DNA of 64,000 nucleotides from an uncultured Candidatus Saccharibacteria bacterium (GCA_964361595.1 CAYIAX010000002.1:7722-71721), one strand, 5' to 3'. Counted from the stretch's first letter, positions 19,208 to 27,341 are shown. The notes: a model not told the origin generated them from the letters alone. Translations and numbers: made by a program.

Positions 19208-21043
19208 TTATATTTCTATAACCACCGGCAAAATCATCGGCCGCCGCTTGGTTTTATTGTACAAAAATTGGCCGATTTGGTCGCGGATCAAGGTTTTCAG
19301 ATAATCCGATTCTGTCGGCTGGTAGCTCGGCAGGCGCGCAATGAGGCCGCGGATCCGCTTCCGAATATCTTCCAAGATTTCCTGGTTTTCTTTGAGGTAG
19401 ATAAAGCCGCGGGAAATAATATCGGGATTTTTCAAGAGACGGCCGTGATCGCGGTCAATCGTGGCGATGATTACAACCATGCCTTCTTGGGCCAAACTGC
19501 GGCGATCGCGGAGCACAACTTCTTCAACGTCGCCCACGCCTAAGCCGTCAACCATCACATAAAAAGCCGGTACGGTTTCTCCGGTAACGCGGAAAGTATC
19601 TTTTGTGAGTTCGGCTACCTGGCCGTTGTCCATCAAGATCGCATGGTCTTTGGGAATTCCTACTTCCCGCGCGGATTGGGTATTCGCGGCGCGCATGAAA
19701 TAATAGCCGTGGACGGGAATGATAAATTTAGGTTTGATGATTTCCATCACCAGCTTCAAGTCTCCCTTGGGCGCATGGCCGGAAGAATGGATGTCGATAA
19801 GATTCGAATGGTAGACGATCGCGCCCTGGCGGGAAAGATTATCTTTAACAACCTGAACGCTGCGTTCATTTCCGGGAATGACGGAAGAAGATAAGACGAC
19901 GGTGTCGCTGGGTTTGATTTTTATTTGCCTGTGCTCGCCATTGATGATTTTCATCAAGCTCGCGTTCGACTCTCCTTGTGCGCCGGTCGAAAGGATCAGC
20001 AATTTATCATCGCGAATTTTATGTATGTCTTCCAAGGGGACAATCGTGCCTTGTTTCGGCTTGATGAAGCCGAGATTTTGCGCGATCTGGATATTGGCTT
20101 TCATCGAATAGCCGGATAAGGCCACGCGCTTGCCCAGATGCTCGGCGATTTTGATGATTTCGGCGATCCGGGTCAAAAGCGAAGCGAAAGTTGCGACAAT
20201 GATCCGCCCCTCGGCTTTGCGGAAGATCTCTTCCAGATTCTTTTCAACTACTCGTTCGGAAAGGGAGTGCCCTTCTTCTTCGGCGTTCGTGCTGTCGATC
20301 ATAAAGCTGTGCACGCCCATGGCCGCAATTTTTTCAAACTCATCAAGCCCTTGCGCTTCCTCATTTTCGTCGTAATCAATGCGGAAGTCGGCGAAGTGGA
20401 CCATGTTGCCCACGGGCGTTCGCAGCAGCACGCCGGTAGTTTCGGGAATGGTGTGCGGCACGCCGAAAAAGAGCGCTTCAAAGTAATTTGAAAGCCGCGC
20501 GCGCATGCCGTTTTTTATAATTTGCACATTCATCTTCGGCGTGTTCGGAAAGTCTTCCTGCCGTTTCTCAATGATGGCTTTTGTGATCGAAGTTGCGTAA
20601 ATCGGCGGGTTTCCGATCCGCTCCAAAATATGCGGCAGGGCGCCGATATGGTCATAGTGGGCATGCGTGAGGATTAGAGCCTGGATATTCGCTTTGCGCT
20701 CCTCGAGATATGTAACATTAGGAATTATATAGTCCACGCCCGGCGTTTCTTCTTCGGGAAATTGGAGGCCAGCGTCAATGATGACGATCTCATTTTTATA
20801 TTCAAAAAACATCATATTGCGGCCGACTTCTTCAAGTCCGCCCAGAGGGACGAAACGCAGTGGCGCAATGCCGTTTGCGGAGTTCTTTTCGGCCGCCGGA
20901 GCGGGCTGGTTTTTTTGCGTGCGCAAAATACGCGCGCGGGAAGCGCTTTTAAATTTTTTGTCCAGATGCTGATTATGGCTCGGCGGATTCGCGCGCTGAT
21001 ACGAATGACCGCGCCGATGGCCGTCTTTTCTTTGTGTGTCCAT
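19208..21043 (-). CDS. rnj: Ribonuclease J (metallo-beta-lactamase/beta-CASP) with a basic N-terminal extension. The start is probably MDTQRK; the ORF-track first Met lies inside the palindrome.
   Basis: LILTHAHYDHIGALP (HxHxDH) and beta-CASP motifs. Confidence 0.85.
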   Translation of the reverse strand: MDTQRKDGHRRGHSYQRANPPSHNQHLDKKFKSASRARILRTQKNQPAPAAEKNSANGIAPLRFVPLGGLEEVGRNMMFFEYKNEIVIIDAGLQFPEEETPGVDYIIPNVTYLEERKANIQALILTHAHYDHIGALPHILERIGNPPIYATSITKAIIEKRQEDFPNTPKMNVQIIKNGMRARLSNYFEALFFGVPHTIPETTGVLLRTPVGNMVHFADFRIDYDENEEAQGLDEFEKIAAMGVHSFMIDSTNAEEEGHSLSERVVEKNLEEIFRKAEGRIIVATFASLLTRIAEIIKIAEHLGKRVALSGYSMKANIQIAQNLGFIKPKQGTIVPLEDIHKIRDDKLLILSTGAQGESNASLMKIINGEHRQIKIKPSDTVVLSSSVIPGNERSVQVVKDNLSRQGAIVYHSNLIDIHSSGHAPKGDLKLVMEIIKPKFIIPVHGYYFMRAANTQSAREVGIPKDHAILMDNGQVAELTKDTFRVTGETVPAFYVMVDGLGVGDVEEVVLRDRRSLAQEGMVVIIATIDRDHGRLLKNPDIISRGFIYLKENQEILEDIRKRIRGLIARLPSYQPTESDYLKTLIRDQIGQFLYNKTKRRPMILPVVIEI

Positions 21044-21051
21044 ATTTTTAT

Positions 21052-21072
21052 TTGGTGCTGGAGAGGAGATTC
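21052..21072. repeat. 21-bp direct repeat duplicating the 3' end of tRNA-Leu (ttggtgctggagaggagattc), identical to 21363-21383
   Basis: Exact match to the T-loop-to-CCA segment of the tRNA about 310 bp away. This is a classic att-like flank. Confidence 0.8.
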
Positions 21073-21120
21073 CCGCCCATTGCAAATGGGCGAGCCTCGC
21101 CCATTTGCAATGGGCGGGAA
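21070..21120. repeat. Perfect 51-bp palindrome (ttcccgcccattgcaaatgggcgag g ctcgcccatttgcaatgggcgggaa)
   Basis: 25-bp arms. It abuts the direct repeat, lies downstream of the GIY-YIG gene and upstream of rnj. Confidence 0.8.
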
Positions 21121-21123
21121 CTC

Positions 21124-21363
21124 TTACTTAAAAAATTGTTTTAGTTTTCTTCGACCACCTTCGCTTTTCCAATATTTTTCGCGCTCCTTAGCTGAACCGA
21201 GATTGGAAACTTGTTCGGAATATAAAATCTTAAATGGTGTTCTATTTCTTGTTGCTTTTACTTTACCCAAGTTATGTTCCTGAAATCGCTTTATAATATT
21301 TTCCGAAAATCCCGTATAAGTCTTTCCATCTTTTAAGCTCTGAAGGATATATACAGTATACAT
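21124..21363 (-). CDS. GIY-YIG nuclease-domain protein (YhbQ/UPF0213-like, 79 aa)
   Basis: MYTVYILQSLKDGKTYTGFSENIIKRFQEHN matches GIY-x10-YIG plus the Arg/His/Asn core. It starts 1 nt after the tRNA 3' end. Confidence 0.75.
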   Translation of the reverse strand: MYTVYILQSLKDGKTYTGFSENIIKRFQEHNLGKVKATRNRTPFKILYSEQVSNLGSAKEREKYWKSEGGRRKLKQFFK

Positions 21364-21450
21364 TGGTGCTGGAGAGGAGATTCGAACTCCTATGGTCTTG
21401 CGACCGCTGGCTCCTGAAGCCAGTGCGTCTGCCAATTCCGCCACCCCAGC
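21364..21450 (-). tRNA. tRNA-Leu (anticodon CAG), class II with a long variable arm and encoded CCA
   Basis: Folded by hand: acceptor GCUGGGG/CUCCAGC, anticodon stem-loop CUGGC-UUCAGGA-GCCAG, T-arm AGGAG-UUCGAAU-CUCCU, discriminator A. Confidence 0.85.
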
Positions 21451-21613
21451 GCGCAGGGTTAACTATTGTGTGCTCTATGGAGATGGAGTTGTTGAACTCA
21501 AGAATCCCTTCGTGGTTTAGGAATATAAGAAATTGACTGGTAGAAAGTGTAGTTTAAGCCAAAATCGGCCTCTTGTCAACCAAGCTTAACTCGGTCAACC
21601 CAGCCGAGCCGGG

Positions 21614-23251
21614 TCAATCTTTGAAAGTGCGCGCGGTTTTCACGTACCAGGACGAAACCGAACGGAAACGGTCGGCGGGTTCGCGAATGAACCCCTCTTC
21701 GACGCCGTGCAGATCTTTATTGGCGGCAAAAAGGTAATCCGGCGAAAAAAGGAAAACGGCCGGATAATCCGCCGCAATCACATTGCCCAGGTTCTGTAAT
21801 TGAGCCTCGCGGCTCACCGGATCAAAATTTCGGCGGATGCTTTCGATGAGCTGGTCCGCTTGCCGGTTGGAGTAAAGAGACAAGTTAAGTCCTGGATGGA
21901 AACGCTCATTCGAATGCCAGAAAGAATAAAGATCTTCGGCCGGATTCAAGACGTTCCCGAAAAGCAGGAGCTGGTACTCGCGATTTTTAATGGCGCGGTC
22001 AGAAATTTCCGCAACCGATAAAGAATTCACATTCACCTTCACGCCGATTTTACCCCAGGCTGAAGCAAGCCGGGCGGCGGTATCCGTAAGAAAAGGCAGA
22101 TTGGGGACGGTGAAATCCAATTCCAGAATTACCTTGTCCTTGCCGATCGTCTTTTCGCGATGGCCGTCAGCTTGCAGGGTCCACCCGGCATGCTCGAGCA
22201 ATTCATTCACGTTTAGGTCGGCCGGAGTGGAAGTTGCGGCGATCTGGAAGGGTTTGGGCACGGGATTTAGGACAGGCAAAGCGCGCCCGTTAAAGATTTC
22301 ACTCACGAGTTCCTCGCGGTTAATCGCCGCGGAAAGAGCTTTTCTTACAACCACCTCTTTTAGGGCCGGATGCTGGTTCTGATTAATGAAAACCGCATAG
22401 TAGCTTGGCAGATAAAATGAAAAAACCTGATAAGGACGCTGGATCTTGTCGGTGCGCTCATTTATATCCGCGAAGCCATCGATCTTGCCCGTGTTGAATG
22501 CTTTAACGACGTCATCTTTCTGCGCGAAAAACTGAATGAGGAAGACGGGGATCAAGGGTTGTTTTCCCGCGAAGCCAGGATTTTTGACCAGCTTATAACC
22601 AGCAATGAAGCCGTTGGCTTTTTTCTCATAAGTATCGAACTTATAAGGGCCGCTGCCGACAGGTTTCAGATTATATTCCGACAACCGCCAGTTCGAGAGC
22701 GGAGTTTCCGCGAATAAATGTTTGGGAATGGGGTAAAGATTTTCCAAGTGTTCGGCAAAAAACGGATAAGGCGAAGCTAAATTGAAAGTGAGCTCGAGTT
22801 CGCTGACGCGCGAAGCCGTAACTCCGTACCAGCTTTGCGTGTAAGGCGACAAGCTTTCCGGGTCCTGCAGTTTTTGCACCGTGAAAATTATGTCGTCACT
22901 CGTCAATTTTTCGCCGTTCGACCAAGTGAGCCCTTCCTTTAAACGCACTCGCCAGGTGCGGTCGCCCTTGTCGGCTTCGATCTTCTCGGCCAGGTCCGTG
23001 AGGTTTGCAAATAAGAGGCGTACCATGGCTTTGTCGGTTTCGCTCGCGGCCATTACTGGGTTTATATAGCTCGGCTGGCCAACGATGCCCTCGGTGAATT
23101 CTCCGCCTTCGGCCGGAACAACCCGCGTATAAGTTCCCAAAGCCAGAATTCCCCAGGCGGCTCCGCTCAAGATCAAAACCGCGAAAGCGGCAATGAAGAT
23201 TGTGCGCTCGGCGCGATTCAAAGCGCCGTAAATTTTTTTAAATAAAGCCAC
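21614..23251 (-). CDS. ABC-transporter solute-binding protein, family 5 (peptide/oligopeptide-type). No permease gene is adjacent.
   Basis: N-terminal TM/signal anchor and the SBP_bac_5-like core. 545 aa. Confidence 0.65.
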   Translation of the reverse strand: MALFKKIYGALNRAERTIFIAAFAVLILSGAAWGILALGTYTRVVPAEGGEFTEGIVGQPSYINPVMAASETDKAMVRLLFANLTDLAEKIEADKGDRTWRVRLKEGLTWSNGEKLTSDDIIFTVQKLQDPESLSPYTQSWYGVTASRVSELELTFNLASPYPFFAEHLENLYPIPKHLFAETPLSNWRLSEYNLKPVGSGPYKFDTYEKKANGFIAGYKLVKNPGFAGKQPLIPVFLIQFFAQKDDVVKAFNTGKIDGFADINERTDKIQRPYQVFSFYLPSYYAVFINQNQHPALKEVVVRKALSAAINREELVSEIFNGRALPVLNPVPKPFQIAATSTPADLNVNELLEHAGWTLQADGHREKTIGKDKVILELDFTVPNLPFLTDTAARLASAWGKIGVKVNVNSLSVAEISDRAIKNREYQLLLFGNVLNPAEDLYSFWHSNERFHPGLNLSLYSNRQADQLIESIRRNFDPVSREAQLQNLGNVIAADYPAVFLFSPDYLFAANKDLHGVEEGFIREPADRFRSVSSWYVKTARTFKD

Positions 23252-23256
23252 GGAAA

Positions 23257-23469
23257 CTAAAGGACCAAATTCAGAATCGCCAAAGCGACGAAAGCGATGC
23301 CAAGCACGATTGTGGCGATGAAAATGAACTTTTCCAAACCGCGGCGGGTTTGGTAAAAACCCCCGCCTTCGCCGCCGAAGATGCCGGACAAACCGGCGGA
23401 GCGCTCTTGAAGCAAAATCAAAGCGATTAAGGCGATGGAGACGATTATGTGAGCGATGGCAAGAATCAT
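23257..23469 (-). CDS. secG: Preprotein translocase subunit SecG
   Basis: LLQERSAGLSGIFGGEGGGFYQTRRGLEKF. Two TM helices. Confidence 0.7.
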   Translation of the reverse strand: MILAIAHIIVSIALIALILLQERSAGLSGIFGGEGGGFYQTRRGLEKFIFIATIVLGIAFVALAILNLVL

Positions 23470-23578
23470 CCCGTTAGAAGCAGATCATCAATCTGTAAAG
23501 TTTTATTGACCCGAGGGCAGTGTTCATCTTTTGGTATTGGTGGATATTAAATTTGATTACTGCTTCTAACGGGATCAT
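23464..23578 (-). repeat. ATGA-bounded ~115-nt hairpin element, copy C (minus orientation). Termini are ATGATCCCGTTAGAAGCAG ... CTGCTTCTAACGGGATGATTC.
   Basis: The 5' ATGA overlaps the stop of the upstream minus-strand gene (aaaTGA). The 3' ATG is the secG start. 16-bp perfect stem plus a 5-bp extension. Confidence 0.55.
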
Positions 23579-23928
23579 TTTTTTGTGGCTAAGTGGATGA
23601 CCGCACCCGCGATTCCCAGCGCAATCGCCGCGTATAGGTAAGTAAGAATCCCTCCCATGGTAAGATTTGCCGACAAAAAGTCAAGCGCGAAAAGAAAAAC
23701 TACATTGATAATAATAAACCCCAGGCCGAGCGTAAGAATGATCACGGGACCCATGAGTAGGGTAAGAATCGGTTTTACAAAAATATTTAAGAGCGTAAAG
23801 ATGAGCGCCAAGACCAAGGTTTGTTCGAAATTTCCCGTGAGCGTGAATCCGGGCAAGCGACTGTTCATTAAGAGAAGTACGGTAGCGAAAAAACCAGTGG
23901 CGGTAATAACGCGGGCGAGGAAGTGCAT
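23575..23928 (-). CDS. Small 4-TM membrane protein (DUF360 / holin-4-like family)
   Basis: Four hydrophobic helices. 117 aa. Confidence 0.4.
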   Translation of the reverse strand: MHFLARVITATGFFATVLLLMNSRLPGFTLTGNFEQTLVLALIFTLLNIFVKPILTLLMGPVIILTLGLGFIIINVVFLFALDFLSANLTMGGILTYLYAAIALGIAGAVIHLATKK

Positions 23929-23949
23929 ATTCTAATTATAGCGCATAGT

Positions 23950-25479
23950 TTAATGCATCAACTCCTTAAGCAGGCTGCGGCCGTTCATGTCCTCCGGTTT
24001 GGGAATTCCCATGAGCTCCAGGATCGTGGGGGCAACATCTGCCAAGAGCCCGCCAGTTTCTTGGGCGAGATTAGGCCAGTTCACGAAACGCCGGCCTTTG
24101 AACTCTCGGCCAATGAGGTAAAAAGGCACCGGGCTGGGATTGTGGCCTGTCTCCGCGCGGCCGCTTAAGGGATCGAATAAGGTTTCAATATTGCCGTGAT
24201 CGGAGGTGATAATGAGGACTGTATCGGTTTTCAAAACCGCATCGAGTACGCGTCCGATCTCGCGATCAATAACCTTAACCGCCTCAAGCGCGGCTTCATA
24301 ATTGCCGGTATGCGCAATCGTGTCGGGATTCGAGTAGTTGGCCAAAACAAAATCGAAAGCGTTATTTTGGACGGAATCAATGATGCGGTCGCTTACCGCC
24401 GCGGCCATCAGTTCGGGCCGTTCGTCGGGATGGGGAATGGCCAAGGACGGAATGAGCACGCGATATTCATTTTTAAACGGAGATTCGCGATGGCCGTTAA
24501 AAAAGAAAGTAACATGGGCGTACTTGTAGGTTTCGGCCAAGCGCAGCTGGGTTTTGCCCGCGTCGCTCAAAACTTTGCCTAAGGGTTCTAAAACTCCTTC
24601 CGGCGGGAACGCCACATCTAAATTCAAGCTTTCTTCATAGCGGGTCATGGTAACGAGCTTCAGGTTGGCAATGCGTTTGCGTAGCAGTTGCGGCAGGTCG
24701 CCCGCGAAAGCTTCCACTAATTGGCGCATGCTGTCTTCGCGGAAGTTGAAAAAAATCAGGCTCTCGTTGTCTTTAATCGCTCCGTCCGGTTTGAGCCGCA
24801 AGGGCGGAATGAATTCTTCCGTAAACCCCTTGGCGTAGGTTTCGCGGATCGTCGCGCCCAAGTCGTGAACCAAGTTGCCGCCTTCGCCCACTAAACATTC
24901 GTACGCGCGGCCCGTAAGCATCCATTTTTTTGTCCGGTCCATGGCGTAATATCTGCCCGTTAAGGTCGCCAAATTTTCCATCGGGATTTTCTCGAGCAGT
25001 TCCTCCAGGGAATGCGGCGGGCCATCCTTGCCGTCCGCGAAAAGGTGGAGCTTGAAGGGAATTTGCTTTTTTTTGGCAAGCTCGATTAGAGCCAAAAGAT
25101 GGTCAAGCGAGGCATGAACGGTGGCTTTGGTCAAAAGTCCTACCAGGTTCACGGCGGTTTTATTTTTTTCGGCGTGCTCCATAGCGGAAACCAGCGCCGG
25201 ATTCGAAAAAAAAGTTTCGTCCTGGATTGCCATCGTGATCCGCGGGAAGTATTGGTAAATTATTTTCCCGGCGCCCAAAGTGAGGTGCCCCACTTCGCTG
25301 TTGCCCACATCCCCCCAGGGCAGGCCGACGCTGATGCCGGAGGCCTGCAGACTCGTCATCGGATAATTTTCCGCGAGCCAATTGAATTTTTCCGGATTAA
25401 CAATGTAGACGGGATTTGCTTCTGTGGCCGGACCCAAACCCCAGCCGTCCAGGATGATCATGACGACGTTTCTTTTCAT
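23950..25479 (-). CDS. gpmI: 2,3-bisphosphoglycerate-independent phosphoglycerate mutase
   Basis: MKRNVVMIILDGWGLG N-terminus and the metalloenzyme-domain motif SDHGN. Confidence 0.85.
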   Translation of the reverse strand: MKRNVVMIILDGWGLGPATEANPVYIVNPEKFNWLAENYPMTSLQASGISVGLPWGDVGNSEVGHLTLGAGKIIYQYFPRITMAIQDETFFSNPALVSAMEHAEKNKTAVNLVGLLTKATVHASLDHLLALIELAKKKQIPFKLHLFADGKDGPPHSLEELLEKIPMENLATLTGRYYAMDRTKKWMLTGRAYECLVGEGGNLVHDLGATIRETYAKGFTEEFIPPLRLKPDGAIKDNESLIFFNFREDSMRQLVEAFAGDLPQLLRKRIANLKLVTMTRYEESLNLDVAFPPEGVLEPLGKVLSDAGKTQLRLAETYKYAHVTFFFNGHRESPFKNEYRVLIPSLAIPHPDERPELMAAAVSDRIIDSVQNNAFDFVLANYSNPDTIAHTGNYEAALEAVKVIDREIGRVLDAVLKTDTVLIITSDHGNIETLFDPLSGRAETGHNPSPVPFYLIGREFKGRRFVNWPNLAQETGGLLADVAPTILELMGIPKPEDMNGRSLLKELMH

Positions 25480-25564
25480 TAATCTAAGTTTAAACCAGAA
25501 CTTGTTTCGAATATATAGAAGCAGGCAGGCCTCGCCGTGGCTGTGTTGCGCGGCCAAAGCCGTC

Positions 25565-25596
25565 TATTTGCGATAATTTTGTTATTATGGTATAAT
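25565..25596 (+). promoter_or_regulatory. Candidate sigma70 promoter with an extended -10 (TTGCGA-17 bp-TGGTATAAT) upstream of the DGR target gene
   Basis: Sequence match only. Confidence 0.4.
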
Positions 25597-25633
25597 TTAA
25601 AGGTACTTTGAAATAATAAAAAACTTGCGATAT

Positions 25634-25680
25634 TTGCCATGGCTGAAAGCGCTTTTGTTTAGAGCTTTTTCAGCCATGGC
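25634..25680 (+). promoter_or_regulatory. 14-bp perfect inverted repeat (tgccatggctgaaa ... tttcagccatggca) in the 5' leader of the DGR target gene
   Basis: Lies between the putative promoter and the RBS (aaggaga-7 nt-ATG at 25728). Confidence 0.5.
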
Positions 25681-25727
25681 AAACTCCGAACAGTCGGAGA
25701 GCCCACTGGCAGAAAAGGAGACACCCC

Positions 25728-26432
25728 ATGTCGGAACATGGAACACCTCTGACGACTGTGCGCTTGCGGAAGCTATCGGGAACGGTAGTTCTCAATCTTC
25801 CCGAGATTGATTCCGAGCTGGCGCTCGACTTTTCCAATAACGCCGACGCTCTCGCGATTGTTCTTGAGCGGGCGCTGACTCGCGAGAACCTCGACGCGGC
25901 TTTGGTCGAGCTTGGGAAGAAACGACCCGAACCGAAAAAGCCCATCGAGCACGTCGGCGACTGTTTCCGCGAAACCGGCGAACTCGCGGGAACGATGATC
26001 CAAATCCCCGCCCTCCCGCGCCCGACTCTCGCGGAACTCCGGGAAAAGTTTCCCTGGATCCGAGGAGAGAACGGCATTGAGCGTGACATCTCCCCAGAGG
26101 GAGCTGTAACGCTTGTTCTGGGTACGGTGCTCCGTGAAGGAGAGCCGTCGATTAGCGGCCTGGAATACGAGCGCCGCCTCGCGCTCGTCAGTCGCCCGCT
26201 CTTCGGCTACCAGCAACTCGCCTGGCTCGTCGAGCATCAGGACGAGCACCCCGTTTTCAAGGCTCTTCTGGGACAGATTTATATCGACGGCCCGGGCCTT
26301 GTGGTGGTGATCGATGACGGCGTCCGGTACTTCCCGTCTCTTGATCAGATCGGCAAGCGGTGGAACCTGGATTTGCACTGGATCGGCCGCGGTCTGTACT
26401 CGCGCGGCCGGATCGCCTCCGGTAAGCAGTAA
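25728..26432 (+). CDS. DGR target (variable) protein, 234 aa, with the VR at its C-terminus and no signal peptide
   Basis: The C-terminal 40 aa are encoded by the VR. RBS AAGGAGA. Confidence 0.7.
   Translation: MSEHGTPLTTVRLRKLSGTVVLNLPEIDSELALDFSNNADALAIVLERALTRENLDAALVELGKKRPEPKKPIEHVGDCFRETGELAGTMIQIPALPRPTLAELREKFPWIRGENGIERDISPEGAVTLVLGTVLREGEPSISGLEYERRLALVSRPLFGYQQLAWLVEHQDEHPVFKALLGQIYIDGPGLVVVIDDGVRYFPSLDQIGKRWNLDLHWIGRGLYSRGRIASGKQ
26299..26419 (+). repeat. DGR variable repeat (VR)
   Basis: About 121 bp homologous to 26764-26884. At least 15 mismatches, every one at a TR adenine (e.g. AAC to ATC, GTC, TAC, CAC, CGC). Confidence 0.85.
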
Positions 26433-26485
26433 ATCTTAATCTCTTGGGTTCTTGGGATTTTTAATCCCTTAAACCCTTAACACCA

Positions 26486-26514
26486 AGCCCTTGCGCTCCG
26501 CGCAAGGGCTTTTT
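26486..26514 (+). terminator. GC-rich hairpin with a 4-nt loop plus T-run (agcccttgcgc tccg gcgcaagggct ttttt) 67 nt downstream of the VR. It could act as a terminator and as a DGR homing-associated stem-loop.
   Basis: 10-bp stem plus T5. Confidence 0.6.
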
Positions 26515-26763
26515 CAATCGTGATATGATCAACGCGGATAGTAGGCGATCTGTGTATGGCCAAGGTTATGCACGGCCGAATTCCCGGACAGCACCTGCCG
26601 GAACGGGAGCGGACAAGTCTTCTCCCAGTGTGCGGCGCTGGTTCGCAAATTTCTTTTGCTGCTTGGTGCGTAAAACTAAGGAATTACAGATTCCGGATAC
26701 GATTCAATCCAGAGACCTTTTTGGCGGATCGAAGGATGGTGGTTATGGCGGTTTTTCGCACAA

Positions 26764-26884
26764 TTGTGGTGGTGAACGATGACGGCAACCGGAACTTCCC
26801 GTATCTTGATCAGAACGGCAAGCGGTGGAACCTGAATTTGAACTGGATCGACAACGATCTGAACTCGAACGGCCGGATCGCCTC
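26764..26884 (+). repeat. DGR template repeat (TR). The ORF 26556-26900 is an artefact of TR/VR homology.
   Basis: Invariant, adenine-rich (AAC/AAT codons) copy of the VR. Located between the target gene and avd/RT. Confidence 0.85.
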
Positions 26885-26927
26885 TGGCCAGAAGCAATAG
26901 GAAATAAGGCAGGGCTCGGCGGAATGT

Positions 26928-27341
26928 TTATTTGGATAGCTGGCGTAGCCAGCCGCCGAGCATCTTGCCGATCTCGTCCAATGGTTCAGATAAAATAATG
27001 TATTTTTTGTTGTCGAGCGATTTTATGCGCCAGGCGATTTCCAGGAAAAACTTCGCAAGGTTCAACTTGGCCGCCGCCTGCTCTATATAGGGATATTTTT
27101 TATCCCTCGGTAGAAAAATCGCGGTATATACCGATTCGATTGTTTCAATAAACAATGAATCTATTTTATCACCCAATGTATAACGGGATATTTTCGGGAT
27201 ATGAACGGTAAATTCATGCCAAATTTCATAAGCCCGAACGAGCCGCTCGATTATCGGCAGATTGAGGTTCCCGGGGGGGGGGTTACGTGGAATGAGTTTT
27301 GCATGGATTATGAAATTCAGAAACACTTTTGAGGAAATCAT
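26928..27341 (-). CDS. avd: Avd-like accessory variability determinant (four-helix-bundle, 23S-rRNA-IVS protein family). Encoded antisense to the RT, with a C10 homopolymer in its 5' region.
   Basis: ...YTLGDKIDSLFIETIESVYTAIFLP...LNLAKFFLEIAWRIKSLDNKKYIILSEPLDEIGKMLGGWLRQL is four-helix-bundle-like. The C-run at 27274-27283 encodes NPPPG. Confidence 0.55.
   Translation of the reverse strand: MISSKVFLNFIIHAKLIPRNPPPGNLNLPIIERLVRAYEIWHEFTVHIPKISRYTLGDKIDSLFIETIESVYTAIFLPRDKKYPYIEQAAAKLNLAKFFLEIAWRIKSLDNKKYIILSEPLDEIGKMLGGWLRQLSK

Noticed and set aside
21044-21085. rnj start at the first Met (MQWAGISSPAPNKN...)
   Set aside because: That Met lies inside the 51-bp palindrome and tRNA-end repeat. 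The second Met (MDTQRK, 21043) is the more plausible start.
21364-21444. N-terminal 27 aa of ORF 21124-21444 (MAELADALASGASGRKTIGVRISSPAP)
   Set aside because: It overlaps the tRNA-Leu gene. The GIY-YIG homology begins at the internal Met (MYTVYIL).
26556-26900. 114-aa ORF ending ...IVVVNDDGNRNFPYLDQNGKRWNLNLNWIDNDLNSNGRIASGQKQ
   Set aside because: Its coding appearance comes from the DGR template repeat being a copy of the VR. The TR is non-coding in characterised DGRs, and the ORF has no RBS and no independent homology.
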